NCBI GenBank assembly: GCA_964016885.1
Contig: OZ024743.1
Span: 292,268,001-292,332,000, forward strand
Length of the DNA: 64,000 nucleotides
Direction: 5' to 3'
From: Eledone cirrhosa
Taxonomy: Eukaryota
The notes below the pieces were generated by a model. That model saw nothing but the letters and a program-made list of their open reading frames with translations, searched no databases and had not been told where the DNA came from. Of this stretch, positions 1 to 11,900 are shown in pieces. The translations under genes were made by a program, and so were the position numbers. Every line of letters starts with the position of its first letter. Positions within the stretch are counted from its first letter, which is position 1.

Positions 1-1654
1 ACAAAAACCTCCTGATAACGGGGGATATTTTGAAAATCTCTGAACATTTTTCAATCCAACTGTGTGGCAAACTATCAAATGCTTTTTCATAATCTATCCA
101 AGCAATCGATAGATTTTTGTGTCTATTATGACAATCTTCCAGTATCATTTTGTTAACCAGAAGCTGATCCTTACAGCCATATGAGCCTCGTTTACACCCT
201 TTCTGCTCAATGGGAAATAGGTCATTTGTTATCAGGTGGTCATATGTGTATTCAGTTAGGACTGATGTTAAAATTTTATACATTGTGGTCAAGAAGGTTA
301 TCGGTCTGTAATGTTGGGGATTGTTTGTCTCATCATTCTTCGGTAGCAGGAATGTAATGCCGTTAACTCGCCATGATGGTATCTTTTCTGGCTCCTTAAC
401 TATTTCATTGTAAAGTTGGGCTAACAGTTCATGAGACTCTGTGAAGGCATTTATCCAAAAGTTTTGTATTTTGTCTTTTCCTGGGGATTTCCATTTGCTG
501 GTTTTTCTTAGAGCCAAGCGCAGCTGTTCAACTGTTATATTTTCCCATGTTTGTTCTTCAAGGTGAGCTGTTTCTTTCATTTGTCTGTCTATCCATGGGG
601 CATGTATGTTATGAACTTTTTCTTCGGCCCAGATCTTTTCCCAGAATTCTTGCACTTCCTCCTTGGGTGGTATTGATTTAGCAGTTATTGTTGACTTACC
701 AATTTTTCTGTAGAAGTTTCTTTGGTTGTTTTTGAACATATTATTGTCCTTATAGAATCTAGATCGTTTTTCAAAGCGCCTTGTACGAGCAGCTTTGGCC
801 GACACTTTTTGCTTGATTGTTTCTATCAGCATGTCTATGTCACATGTTGATCTTATACTGTACTTTTTTTTCAATTTTCTAAGTTTAGTTTGTTTAACAT
901 GTTCACCTACTTTATAGTTTGTTAAAATTTCTATGTCAGATCGGAGAAGGTTTATTTGGCGATTGATGTTATCTTGCCAAGTAGATTTCTTGTGGGAATT
1001 CCTTTGTTTTTTCATCTTCACTCCACATAAGTGAGTGGTGACTTTAGCCGATGCATAATAGAGATGATTTAAGTCAGTAATGTTTAGTTTGTTTGTGATG
1101 ATAATGTTTTTGAGAATTATGTTAGTCTTGTGTATTATCTTTTGGTTCTGTTTGGAGTTCTGGATCTTAGGGAGGGTGTCTCGTTCCACCATGTCAGATT
1201 CTTTCATTTTCATCCATTCGATCATAATTTCATCCTTCAAGTTGGCAAGTTCATTCTCATTCATTTCTTTATCATTTACGATCTCATTATTTTCATTTGG
1301 AGTTTCATCCTGAGCATGCACTCCCTCCACTTTTTCGCTCCTTTCTTTAATTTGTTCTGTTGCCAGTGATTCCGCCCCAACTCTGGGATTCGAAGTGTTA
1401 CAGTTTACCTCGTTTTCACTGACACATGCTTCATTTTCCCTTCGCTGACTTTGTGCTACTAGCTTCATCTGATCGATTTCTATATCAGTTAGTAACTTTT
1501 TTCTTACAATATTTCTTCGTATATTGGCTAGTTTGTTACTGTCAATATAGCCTCTGTTTTCGGGATGTTTCTTTTTCCAGTTGATATATGTTTGCTCTGT
1601 ATTCGATGTATTTGATGGGTAGTACATGGCAGTGTAGAAAGCCTCAAGGACTTC

Positions 1655-1656
<2 letters not shown>
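1..1656 (-). mobile_element. R4/Dong-like non-LTR retrotransposon family A, 5'-truncated copy (A1), continuing beyond the window start
   Basis: Near-identical to 6354-7700 of copy A2. Its 5' junction runs into (TTA)n at 1657. Confidence 0.85.

Positions 1657-1710
<54 letters not shown>
1657..1710. repeat. (TTA)n microsatellite
   Basis: Seen directly. Confidence 0.95.
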
Positions 1711-1712
<2 letters not shown>

Positions 1713-1713
1713 T

Positions 1714-1828
1714 AATGGCGGTGAATTGGCAGTATCGGTAGAGGGTCGGACGCCATGCTTTACAGCACAGTTACGTCCCTTTACGGACTGAGTTCAAAAC
1801 CCGCCGAGGTTAACTTTGCCTTTCATGC
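1714..1828 (+). mobile_element. tRNA-derived SINE, 5' part
   Basis: A-box-like TGGCAGTATCGG, B-box-like GAGTTCAAAACC and the core CCGAGGTTAACTTTGCCTTTCAT. Homologous to 15226-15416. Confidence 0.75.
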
Positions 1829-2075
1829 TGGGGCTTTTTATATTGTTGGTGGGGAAGGGGGGAGCCAGCAGTGCCATAGTCGTTGGCGTTTGACCGGGTC
1901 ACTAAGTCAGTCTATTTATATATTTTGCTAGCCTCTCCCTTGCCTAGTAATACCGCCACCTTCCCCTTTCTTAAATTAACGGAAGGTAGTGGGGTAGTAA
2001 TGGTAGCGGCGATGATGGGATAGTGGTAGCAATGATGGAGTGGTGACGGCGGTGACTGTAGTTAGGGCGTTGTCG
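1826..2075 (-). repeat. Unclassified repeat X, 3' fragment
   Basis: Similar to 8290-8560 (ggggctttttatattgttggt, gctagcctctcccttg, accgccaccttcccctttc). Confidence 0.7.
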
Positions 2076-2237
2076 CTACTTAGTTCTTTTGAATAGACTG
2101 TATTGAGTATGCGTTTCTTTGATCTGCATATCTATGCGGTTTATCGCCTATGTTTAAGATATATATGTTGAAATATTTCCGTAATATTTGAATTAAACAT
2201 TTTGAGAAAACTTGAGATACAATAATAGTAATTCGGT

Positions 2238-2307
2238 AAAATAAAGTACCAGTAATACACTGGGTATTTGCTGGACTTGTGCCAAAAGTAGAAACAATTA
2301 TTATTAT
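2238..2307 (+). mobile_element. SINE 3' tail ending in (TTA)n
   Basis: ataaagtaccagtaatacactggg...cttgtgccaaaagtagaaacaattatt matches 15358-15420. Confidence 0.8.
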
Positions 2308-2671
2308 GCTGGGATTTGTGATGGTGGTGGTGAAATTACCGTTATCTGGCTGTTGTATTTAGTGTATACAGAGGGGTGGTGTGATAGGTGGTGTATCTAG
2401 GTTGTGGTGTTGGTGAAATTGCTGTTATTTGGCTGTTCTATATAGTGTAGACAGAGGGAGTTTTCTTCCATTTATAACCATTTTCTTCTTTGAATATAAA
2501 ATTTAAAATACAAAATTCAATTTTTGAGCGATATCACAGGATATTATGGGTACTCATTTCCTGAGGGTAAAACCTGGTGCAATATGTCCCATGTGTACTA
2601 AGAATTTTTATATCACAATTATTTTAAATATGTTAAAAATCAAAAGCTTACGCGAGCGATTCTATAAAACT
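2308..2671 (-). repeat. Unclassified repeat X, 5' part, flanked by a 32-bp direct repeat
   Basis: Homologous to 33730-34070 (reverse strand) and 8690-8860. An identical 32-mer lies at 2276-2307 and 2672-2703. Confidence 0.7.
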
Positions 2672-2709
2672 CTTGTGCCAAAAGTAGAAACAATTATTAT
2701 TATTATTAC

Positions 2710-4427
2710 TCTTTGAGTCTCAGTCATTGATGTTAGTTAACTGGAAAGTTTGTAGAGATGAATATCAAGCCACTACCTGCAGCCTCAGATATTCAGAACG
2801 TATCGGAGTGTTCTTGCTGTTTCCAGCAAGCATGCCTTTTGAATCGTTCCAAAAAGCGTGAAGAGGCCAATTTTCTTTAACCATCCCTGGAAACTTTTTG
2901 AGATAGTCCCTAGTGCGTCTATGACAATCGGGATCACTTTGACTTCATGGCAGTTCCAAATCCTTTTTACCTCCCATTTTAAGTCCTGGTATCGGTTAAT
3001 TTTTCTCCCTCTCCTTCTCTTTCACTCTCGTGTCGAATGGGCAGGCCACATCCACAATCAGGCACGATCTTTTTTCTTTGTCCAAAACCACCAGGTCAGG
3101 TCTATTGTGTTCCAGTTTCTTGTCCGTCTGTATCCTAAAATCCCACAGCACCTTCACCTGATCGTTTTCTATCACCGACTCTGGCTTATGTTCATACCAC
3201 TTCTCAGAATGTGGTAAATTGTTTACTTTGCATAGGTGCCAGTGGATCACCCTGCCCATCACATCATGTCTCCAGCCCTTATAGTGAGCCTGGGCTAGGT
3301 GTTTACACTCGGATACAATGTGAGCCACAGTCTCCTCTCTCTCTCCACAGATCATGCACAGTGGGCTAGCCTCCTCCTTGTAAATGTGGTGTTTCAACCA
3401 TTTCGTTTGAGGGCCTGCTCCTGCGCAGCCATTAACATTCCTTCTGTAGCATTTTTAAGGTCTCCTCTTTTCAACCAGTTCCATGTCTGTGGATCTCTAA
3501 ATTCAGTTTTCTCAAAGAAGGTACTATGAAGGGGTTTTCATGAAGGCTGCTCTTACTCCTTGATGTTATTTCCTCCTTGGACATCCCCTGGCCTACTGTC
3601 CCCTCCCTCAGTACAGTTCTGAGCATTGGCTCCTTACTATCAGTCACGTATTTGTGTAGGTTGTTTTTCTCCATCTGAACACAGTCCTCTATGCTGATAA
3701 GACCTCTTCCACCTTCAGATCTCCTTAAGTAGAATCTATCGACATCACTCCTCTTGTGGAACATATTGTAGATAATCAATAGCTTCCTAGTCTTCCTATC
3801 CATTTCTTTTTGTTCAGCAACATTCCATCTCAGAATTCCCGCACTGTACCTAATAATAGACACAGCTCGGGAATTTACTGCACTTATGGCATTCCTACTG
3901 TTCAGATGTGACTTTAATACGTTCCTTACTCTCCGAAGGTATTCAGTTCTTATCAATTCCTTCATTTTTTTTGTTCTTGGTTTCATCAGCCTCCAGAACG
4001 CCCAAATACTTGTATCCTTCCTCAGAGTCAATTTCCTTTATCATCTCACCTGTTGGTATCTGGATTCCGTTACTTCTGCTCAACTTACTTCTCCTCATCA
4101 CAAGGACTCCACACTTACTAATACCAAATTGCATACATATATCATTGCTGAAAATACGGACAGTGTCAATAAGCACATCTAACTCCTTCTCACTCTTCCC
4201 GAAGAGCTTAAGATCGTCCATGAAGAGGAGGTGATTGATGGTAAGCCCTCCCTTTCCCAACCTGGATCCTGCTCTCACTTTTTGCAGTACACTGGTCAGG
4301 GGCATAAGGTCAAGGACAAACAACAGAGGGGACAGACTATCTCCCTTGAAGATACCTCTCTTGATCTTCACGCTTCCCAAGGATTCTCCAGTTGATGTTA
4401 ACTCTGTTTCCCAGGACTTCATACTTT
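2710..4427 (-). mobile_element. R4/Dong-like family B, 5'-truncated and frameshifted copy (B1)
   Basis: ORF pieces carry GDSLSPLLF, FMDDLKL, CMIC...HIVSEC and RPDLVV. The 3' UTR matches B4 and both ends abut TTA tracts. Confidence 0.9.
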
Positions 4428-4446
4428 ATTATTATTATTATTATTA

Positions 4447-7400
4447 CAGTTACATTTATCTTGCATTATGTTCATACGAGTTATCAGCAAGTCACAACCA
4501 GTGACCTCAAGAGACAACAAGGTCCGCCATGTTCAAGGAAGAACATACATACTCACACATGCATCTTTAGTGTTTAGACTTGTGATGTACTTATATTGAC
4601 AGAATCTTCCTTAGTATATGGGCAGTTCCCATTAGTACTATCTTTTGTATTTCTCCTATACGCGGGTTTCCTGGGATCTGCGATAAGTAATCATTAGACC
4701 CCTTAGGTATCATTCCCAGAGCGCCTACAACCACTGGTATTGTTTTAGTTCTCAATTTCCACATTTTTCCAATTTCTATCTCCAGGTCCTTATAGTTGCT
4801 CAATTTTTCAAATGTTTTTATAGATACATTCTTGTCTATTGGAACAGACATATCAATTAGCAGGCATACCCTCTTTTTAAAGTCCTTCAATACTATATCA
4901 GGTCTATTTGCATCTATTTTTCGGTCTGTTTGGATGCTAAAGTTCCACAAGATTGAGGTGTGATCTTTTTCAAGTATGGGAGGTGGTTGATGCTCCCACC
5001 AATTCTTTTGATGGGGCAGGTCAAAATGCTTACACATTATCCAATGTATGTATTGTGCAGCTCTGTCATGCCTGTTTAGGTATTCGGTTGGAGCTATAGG
5101 ACTGCACATTGAAATTATATGGTCAATGGTCTCTGGTTGTTTTTTGCATACACGGCATAATGGGCTGCATCCATTTTTTATTATGTTGGCTTGGTAATTT
5201 TTTGTTGGCAGACACTGATCTTGTGCTGATATAATCAGTCCTTCAGTCTCCGATTTCAGTCCAGAGGATGCCAACCACTGATGGGTTAATGTTTTGTCAA
5301 CATCAGGATTGTTAGCTCGCTCTGGGTATTTTCCATACAGAGGCTTTTCTTGCAATTTCTTAGCCAGTTTCTGTAGCAGTTCTTTCTTTGCAGTTACTTT
5401 TACCTGCTTTGCTTTTTCTGTGTTTTCCATTTCAGCAGTAAATGGGACTTCTGAAATTTGTAGTCCATTACTGTATCTTTGTGCATCTTTTGTAATGGAA
5501 TATGATCTTTTGATGCTTTCGTGTTTCAAAACGAGTTTGATCATCCAATCATGTGATTCCCTTAGATATGTAGATAATCCAATTGTTGCAGTTTTCAACA
5601 CAATGTCTAACTGGATTAATCCACGTCCTCCTTCTTTCCTAGGGAGATATATTCTATCTACATCTGCCTTAGGGTGATGCATTCTGTGCAAGGTTAAGAA
5701 CTTTCGAATTTTTGTATCGAGCCTACGGATCTCTGTGCTTGACCAGTTGATGACATTTTAATTGTAGGTTACTACTGGTATGGCAAGCGTGTTTATGGCA
5801 TCGATCCTATTCCCTGCATTCAATTCCGTTCTTAAGATTGCTCTTACTCTGCGGTAACATTCCTTCCTTATCCTTTCCCTCATTGTCGAGTGCTTGATTC
5901 CGTCTCCTTCACAAACACCTAGATATTTGTAAGTTTTTTCTTGATCAAGTTCTCTTATCACGTTCCCCCGATCAAGATTAATGTCTGAACTCTTCAGCAG
6001 CTTTCCTCTGGTGAACGTTGCTTTGGCGCATTTATCTAGTCCAAACTCCATTTTAATGTCATCACTGAACTGCTTCACTGTGGATAATAGCCCTTGCAAT
6101 TGTTCATCATTTTCTGCAAATAGTTTCAGGTCATCCATGTAGAACAGGTGATTAATGGTTTTGTCATAGACTTTATATCCATGTTTTGTTTCATTGAGCA
6201 TTTTACTTAATGTTATAAGTGCGATGCAGAATAAAAGCGGTGATAAAGGGTCACCCTGAAAAATTCCACAATTAATATTAACTTCTCCAGCTTCCAGTGA
6301 TTTTGTTTCACTATTCAAAAGGAGTGTCGTTTTCCATGTCTTCATACTGAATGACAAAAACCTCCTGACAACGGGGGATATTTTGAAAATCTCTAAACAT
6401 TTTTCAATCCAACTGTGTGGCAAACTATCGAATGCTTTTTTATAATCTATCCAAGCAATCGATAGAATTTTGTGTCTATTATGACAATCTTCCAGTATCA
6501 TTTTGTTAACCAGAAGCTGATCCTTACAGCCATATGAGCCTCGTTTACACCATTTCTGCTCAATGGGAAATAGGTCATTTGTTATCAGGTGGTTATATGT
6601 GTATTCAGTTAGGACTGATGTTAAAATTTTATACATTGTTGTCAAGCAAGTTATCGGTCTGTAATTTTTGGGATTGTTTTTTCTCATCATTCTTCGGAAG
6701 CAGGAATGTAATACCGTTAACCAGCCATGAAGGTATCTTTTCTGGCTCCTTAATTATTTCATTGTAAAGTTGGGCTAACAGCTCATGAGACTCTGTGAAG
6801 GCATTTATCCAAAATTTTGTATTTTGTCTTTTCCTGGGGATTTCCATTTGCTGGTTTTTCTTAGAGCCAAGCGCAACTGTTCAACTGTTATATTTTCCCA
6901 TGTTTCTTCCTCAAGGTGAGCTGTATCTTTCATTTGTCTGTCTATCCATGGGGCATGTATGTTATGAACTTTTTCTTCGACCCAGATCTTTTCCCAGAAT
7001 TCTTGCACTTCCTCCTTGGGTGGTATTGATTTAGCAGTTATTGTTGACTTACCAATTTTTCTGTAGAAGTTTCTTTAACATGTTCACCTACTTTATAGTT
7101 TGTTAAAATTTCTATGTCAGATCGGAGAAGGTTTATTTGGCGATTGATGTTCTCTTGCCAAGTAGATTTCTTGTGGGAATTCCTTTGTTTGTTCATCTTC
7201 ACTCCACATAAGTGAGTGGTGACTTTAGCCGATGCATAATAGAGATGATTTAAATCCGTAATGTTTAGTTTGTGTGTGATGATAATGTTTTTGAGAATTA
7301 TGTTAGTCTTGTGTATTATCTTTTGGTTCTGTTTGGAGTTCTGGATCTTAGGGAGGGTGTCTCGTTGCCCCATGTCAGATTCTTTCATTTTCATCCATTC

Positions 7401-8090
7401 GATCATAATTTCATCCTTCAAGTTGGCAAGTTCATTCTCATTCATTTTCTTATCATTTACGATCTCATTATTTTCATTTGGAGTTTCATCCTGAGCATGC
7501 ACTCCCTCCACTTTTTCGATACTTTCTTTAATTTGTTCTGTTGCATTACAATATTTCTTCGTATATTGGCTAGTTTGTTACTGTCAATATAGCCTCTGTT
7601 TTCGGGATGTTTCTTTTTCCAGTTGATATATGTCTGTTCTGTATTCGATGTATTTGATGGGTAGTACATGGCAGTGTAGAAAGCCTCAAGGACTTCTTTA
7701 TTATCTTCCCTTGACCATTTTTCTCTCTTTTTCTTTGGATTTCTTGGTGGTGAGCATGGAGGCCCACCAGTAGGAGTATTCCGGATACGGGAGGTCTCCA
7801 GCTCCGAAGTGATGGGAAGGTTTCAACCATTAGCTGATTTTTCGACCCCAGTCTGGTTCCTCTCTGAGGGATGCGGCCCTTTTTTACCCGGGTGACGGCC
7901 GATCCGGTATGAGATTTTATCATTAGACATTTACTTTATTTTGTCGCATTTTATCCTTATCCGTCAAGGGGTAATCATGTCGTGTTACCACTTCTAGAAC
8001 GAGTGTCAACCAAGACTAGAGGGGTCGTTCTCCCCTAGAGACACGGCTATTCCCTGCCGGCCGCCATCCCGGTATTTCTTGGTCACGTGG
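4447..8090 (-). mobile_element. R4/Dong-like family A, near full-length disrupted copy (A2)
   Basis: RT motifs GIFQGDPLSPLLF and HLFYMDDLKLF (5758-6690). CCHC CRVC..HIISMC and RLE RPDIVL..LIDMSVP (4591-5691). The 3' end is followed by TAA on the sense strand. Confidence 0.9.
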
Positions 8091-8174
8091 TTTTCTTTTT
8101 GTTGTTTTTTAAAATTGTTATTATCATGAGTGGTTCCTTAATGTGAGCATTGCGTGGCTTAAGAATGAAATTAT

Positions 8175-8230
8175 TAATAATTGTCTCCACTCCAGGCACA
8201 AGGCCAGCAATCACCCAGTGCATTACAATA
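8175..8230 (-). mobile_element. Degenerate SINE tail fragment
   Basis: Minus strand gtaatgcactgggtgattgctggccttgtgcc...gacaattatt matches the SINE 3' end. Confidence 0.6.
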
Positions 8231-8289
8231 ATATAATATACTTTTTGTTGTAGTTGGCTGTTATTGTTGTTGGCTATGTCGGTGGTGGT

Positions 8290-8857
8290 GCCGGGGCTTT
8301 TTATATTGTTGGTGAGGAAGGGGTGAGCCAGCAGTCCCATAGTTGTTGATGTTGACATTTGGTGGCCAGGTCACTAAGTCAATCTATTTATATCTTTTGC
8401 TAGCCTCTCCCTTGTCTAGTGATACCGCCACCTTCCCCTTTCTCTCTCAAGTTAACAGGGGAATAGTGGTGGTAGCATTGAAGGAGTGGTGGCGGCGACG
8501 ATGGGATAGTGGTAGCAATGATGGATGGGGTGGGGTGGTGGCAGCGGTGACAATGCTGGTGGTCATGTCGATACTAGGCAGTGGTGATGTGATCGTATTA
8601 CTGTAGTGATGGTGTTGTAGCGGTGGTAGCAATGAAGGAGTGGTGGCGGCGGTGATGGGATAGTGGTGGTAATGATGGCAGTAGTGAGTGGTGGTGGTGA
8701 AATTGCCGTTATCTGGATGTTGTGTTTAGTGTACAGAGAGAGGTGATGGCGTAGGTGTTGTATCTAGTTTCTGGTGTTGGTGAGATTGGTGTTGTTTGGC
8801 TGTTCTATATAGCGTAGACAGAGGAGGGGGGGTATTCTTCCATTTATAGCCATTTTC

Positions 8858-8862
<5 letters not shown>
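8290..8862 (-). repeat. Unclassified repeat X upstream of A2
   Basis: Homologous to 33915-34560 and to 1826-2490. Confidence 0.75.

Positions 8863-8927
<65 letters not shown>
8863..8927. repeat. (TTA)n microsatellite
   Basis: Seen directly. Confidence 0.95.
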
Positions 8928-11900
8928 GGCGAACTATGTAGTAAATCGTATCATTGTGAGCTCCGCAAAGGTTTGTTATTTTCGTTTGTTAAAAATTGTC
9001 ATTTATGGAAAATTTTATTGTTAACATTTTATAAGCGCACATACATTGTTTTCCGAAAAGGACACCCAAAAGGATTGGGGCCTTGTGCCCAAAATTTAAA
9101 CTTTTATTATTATCAAAAATTTCTTTGAAAAAAAATGGCTAATTCACCTCTGCACCAAGCAGCTGAAAGCCTTCCTCACAAATTAACACCTCACACCGAC
9201 ACCACCATTGTAAATGTTACTACGTTTGCCAACACAAAAAAAAAATAAGCAGTAGCAATATTTTAAATTTGTCTCAGGCAGACATTCATTTCCCGTCATT
9301 ACCAATGACTGCAGGTGTTAAAGCCTCCACCACCACGACCACCGCGACAACCACCACCCCCACCACCACCGCGACAACAGAAACAAAAGAATAAAAAAAT
9401 AAATTAACTCGTGATGTCGAAATGAAATCAAGCAAAATGGACTCTTCCCCACCAAAGACGACTGACGTCACCACCAGCACAACTGAAACTAAAATTAATA
9501 TTAACACAAATAACGATAGCAACAACAACAACAATGTCATTATAAAACCGACCCACAGTTTCGCCAGAGTAGCAAAACAGTTCGAAGCATTTACGGTAAC
9601 TCAGGAGGATTTAGAAAATGCCAAACAAATGGTAAAGAAAGATGGGTACAGGGTCAGTTTCACCCCCCACCTAATAAAATGGAGCATCGGCGCCTATGCA
9701 CCGTGTCGTATAGAACAATAAATGTAAAATCGCGCCGAGTGGAACGTGCATCCGAGTCCCAAATCCAAAAAGCTTTGGGACATGTGTGGGCAAGAAAAAC
9801 CCACATCAGACGTGGGCAAAAGTATGGAACCGTGGACGTGTTCTTTGAAACACCAGAGGAGGCTAGAGAACACGCCATGGCCCCATTAAGAAGTGACGAC
9901 TTCACACTCGTCCCAAGCTATTGTGGCCAGAGACTCGTAAAGATCAGGGTGACCCACGTTCCACCGGCCATCGAAATTCCCTGGCTAATAGCGGCCGTCC
10001 TGGCCGGTATCGAAGCCAACACAAAAATAATAGCAATAACAAAAGAAAAGCAGGAGAACTGGTCCGGATCTGGGATGGAGCTCCTGATCCAAGCGGACCA
10101 ACAAAGCATTGAGGAGATCCCAGATGTAATAGACCTCACTGACGGCAGCCACCTCACGGTAATTGTCGAGGGCAGAAGACCTAGGTGTGTCGTTTGTGGT
10201 GAAGGAACCCACCTAAGGTCTTTCTGCCCTCAGGCTAAAAGGTTGAGGCCACCTCTCCTACCCACCCCAGTGACACAACCATCAACAACACCACTAGCAG
10301 AGATGGCAGCAACAACTGTAGCAGCAACAACAGAAGCAACTATAACAGCAACAACCCCAGCAACAGTAGCAAAACCAACACCACCACCACCACCAGCAAA
10401 GCCAACACCACCACAACCCAACGCTTCAGAACTAGCACCAGCGCCTACACCATCCACCACGCCACAACCAAAACATACGCCTGTGGAGGATTTTCCACTC
10501 CCCGGCCTATCACAACTGGAGACAGATTGTGACGACGAGGAGTGGGAAACGATATCCGGAAAAAAAAAAGAAACCAAAAAAGAAAAAATTCTCTTCCTTC
10601 CCCCTCCAAAAACAAAATACAGAGGGAAACAAATAAACTAAGAAACAAAAAAGTTAGGACAGATATGCCACCATCCACACCAGCATCACCAACCCCATCA
10701 ACCCAAACACCAACACCATCACCATCATTAACTCCAACACCACCATCACCTACACCACAAAAGTCACCAAAATGCGAAACAGAAACAAACCCACAACAAA
10801 CGCAAACAAAACAAAACAACCAAAACGATACACACTACACGGCATTAAATTTGAACAACAAGCAATTATTACACTACATCCAACACAACACCAGCATCAC
10901 AGAAAAAGACTAAACAACAACGCCAAAATTCACACCACCTCCACACATACAAATCACTCGCATCACACAGAAAACGTAAATGACACTAAAACAAAAATTC
11001 CCCAAAGACATCGGAGACTTCCGACAAGCACTCTCCAGGAGGATTTATAAGGATATCCTTCCTGAGGAGGCCACAAGCAGTGAAAAGGATGGAAAAACCG
11101 TCCTTCCCCTACGAGAAGTAAGGTAAGTGGTCTTTCCCATCTTTTCCACTCCTTTTCAACATAACCTCACTCAGAATAGGCAGCATAAATGTGCGTGGCT
11201 TGGGGTCGTCATGGAAGCAGGGCGACCTGCTCAACGACCTCAGGTCCCTAAACATAGATATAGTGGCCATCAGCGAGACCAGAATCTGCGAAGCACAGGC
11301 TTTCGAACCGATCTTCGGCGGCTACGATGTGTACGCATCTCCCAGCCGTCCGGCATCGGGTTGAGGAGTTGCTGTGCTTTTTCGGAGAGGTTTTGATCTT
11401 GCCATACGGGCCATCTTCCTGGACCCAGAAGGTAAGTTGGTGGTGCTGGACGTGACCAGCGGAGACGGGCAAGCTTTCAGGTTAGTGGCCGTCTATGCCC
11501 CGACAGGAGCAGGGCGGCCTGATTTCTTCCGGCGTCTGGAGACCTTTCTTGGAACGTCCCGCACTTTAGTGTTAGTGGGCGACCGGAACGGGATCTTAGA
11601 TGCACGCTGGGATTGTGTGGGATTAGTGGATAGGGAAGGAGGGTGCAAGAGTCTCACCAACCTGCTCAGACGTTTTGAACTGTCTGACAGGTACCGAATG
11701 GATTTCCCGAATGTACCAATGTGGACTTGGACAAATCGCATAGGGTCATCCAGATCATATCTAGATAGAGTATTTTGTAGGGAAATAGATAGGTCTAGCA
11801 TAGGCTGTCCACAATTCAAGATAGTCAGCTACACGGACCACAAATTCGTGATCTGTGTGCTTGACTTAGATAGGCTTCATAGGCGAGGACCCGGCTACTG

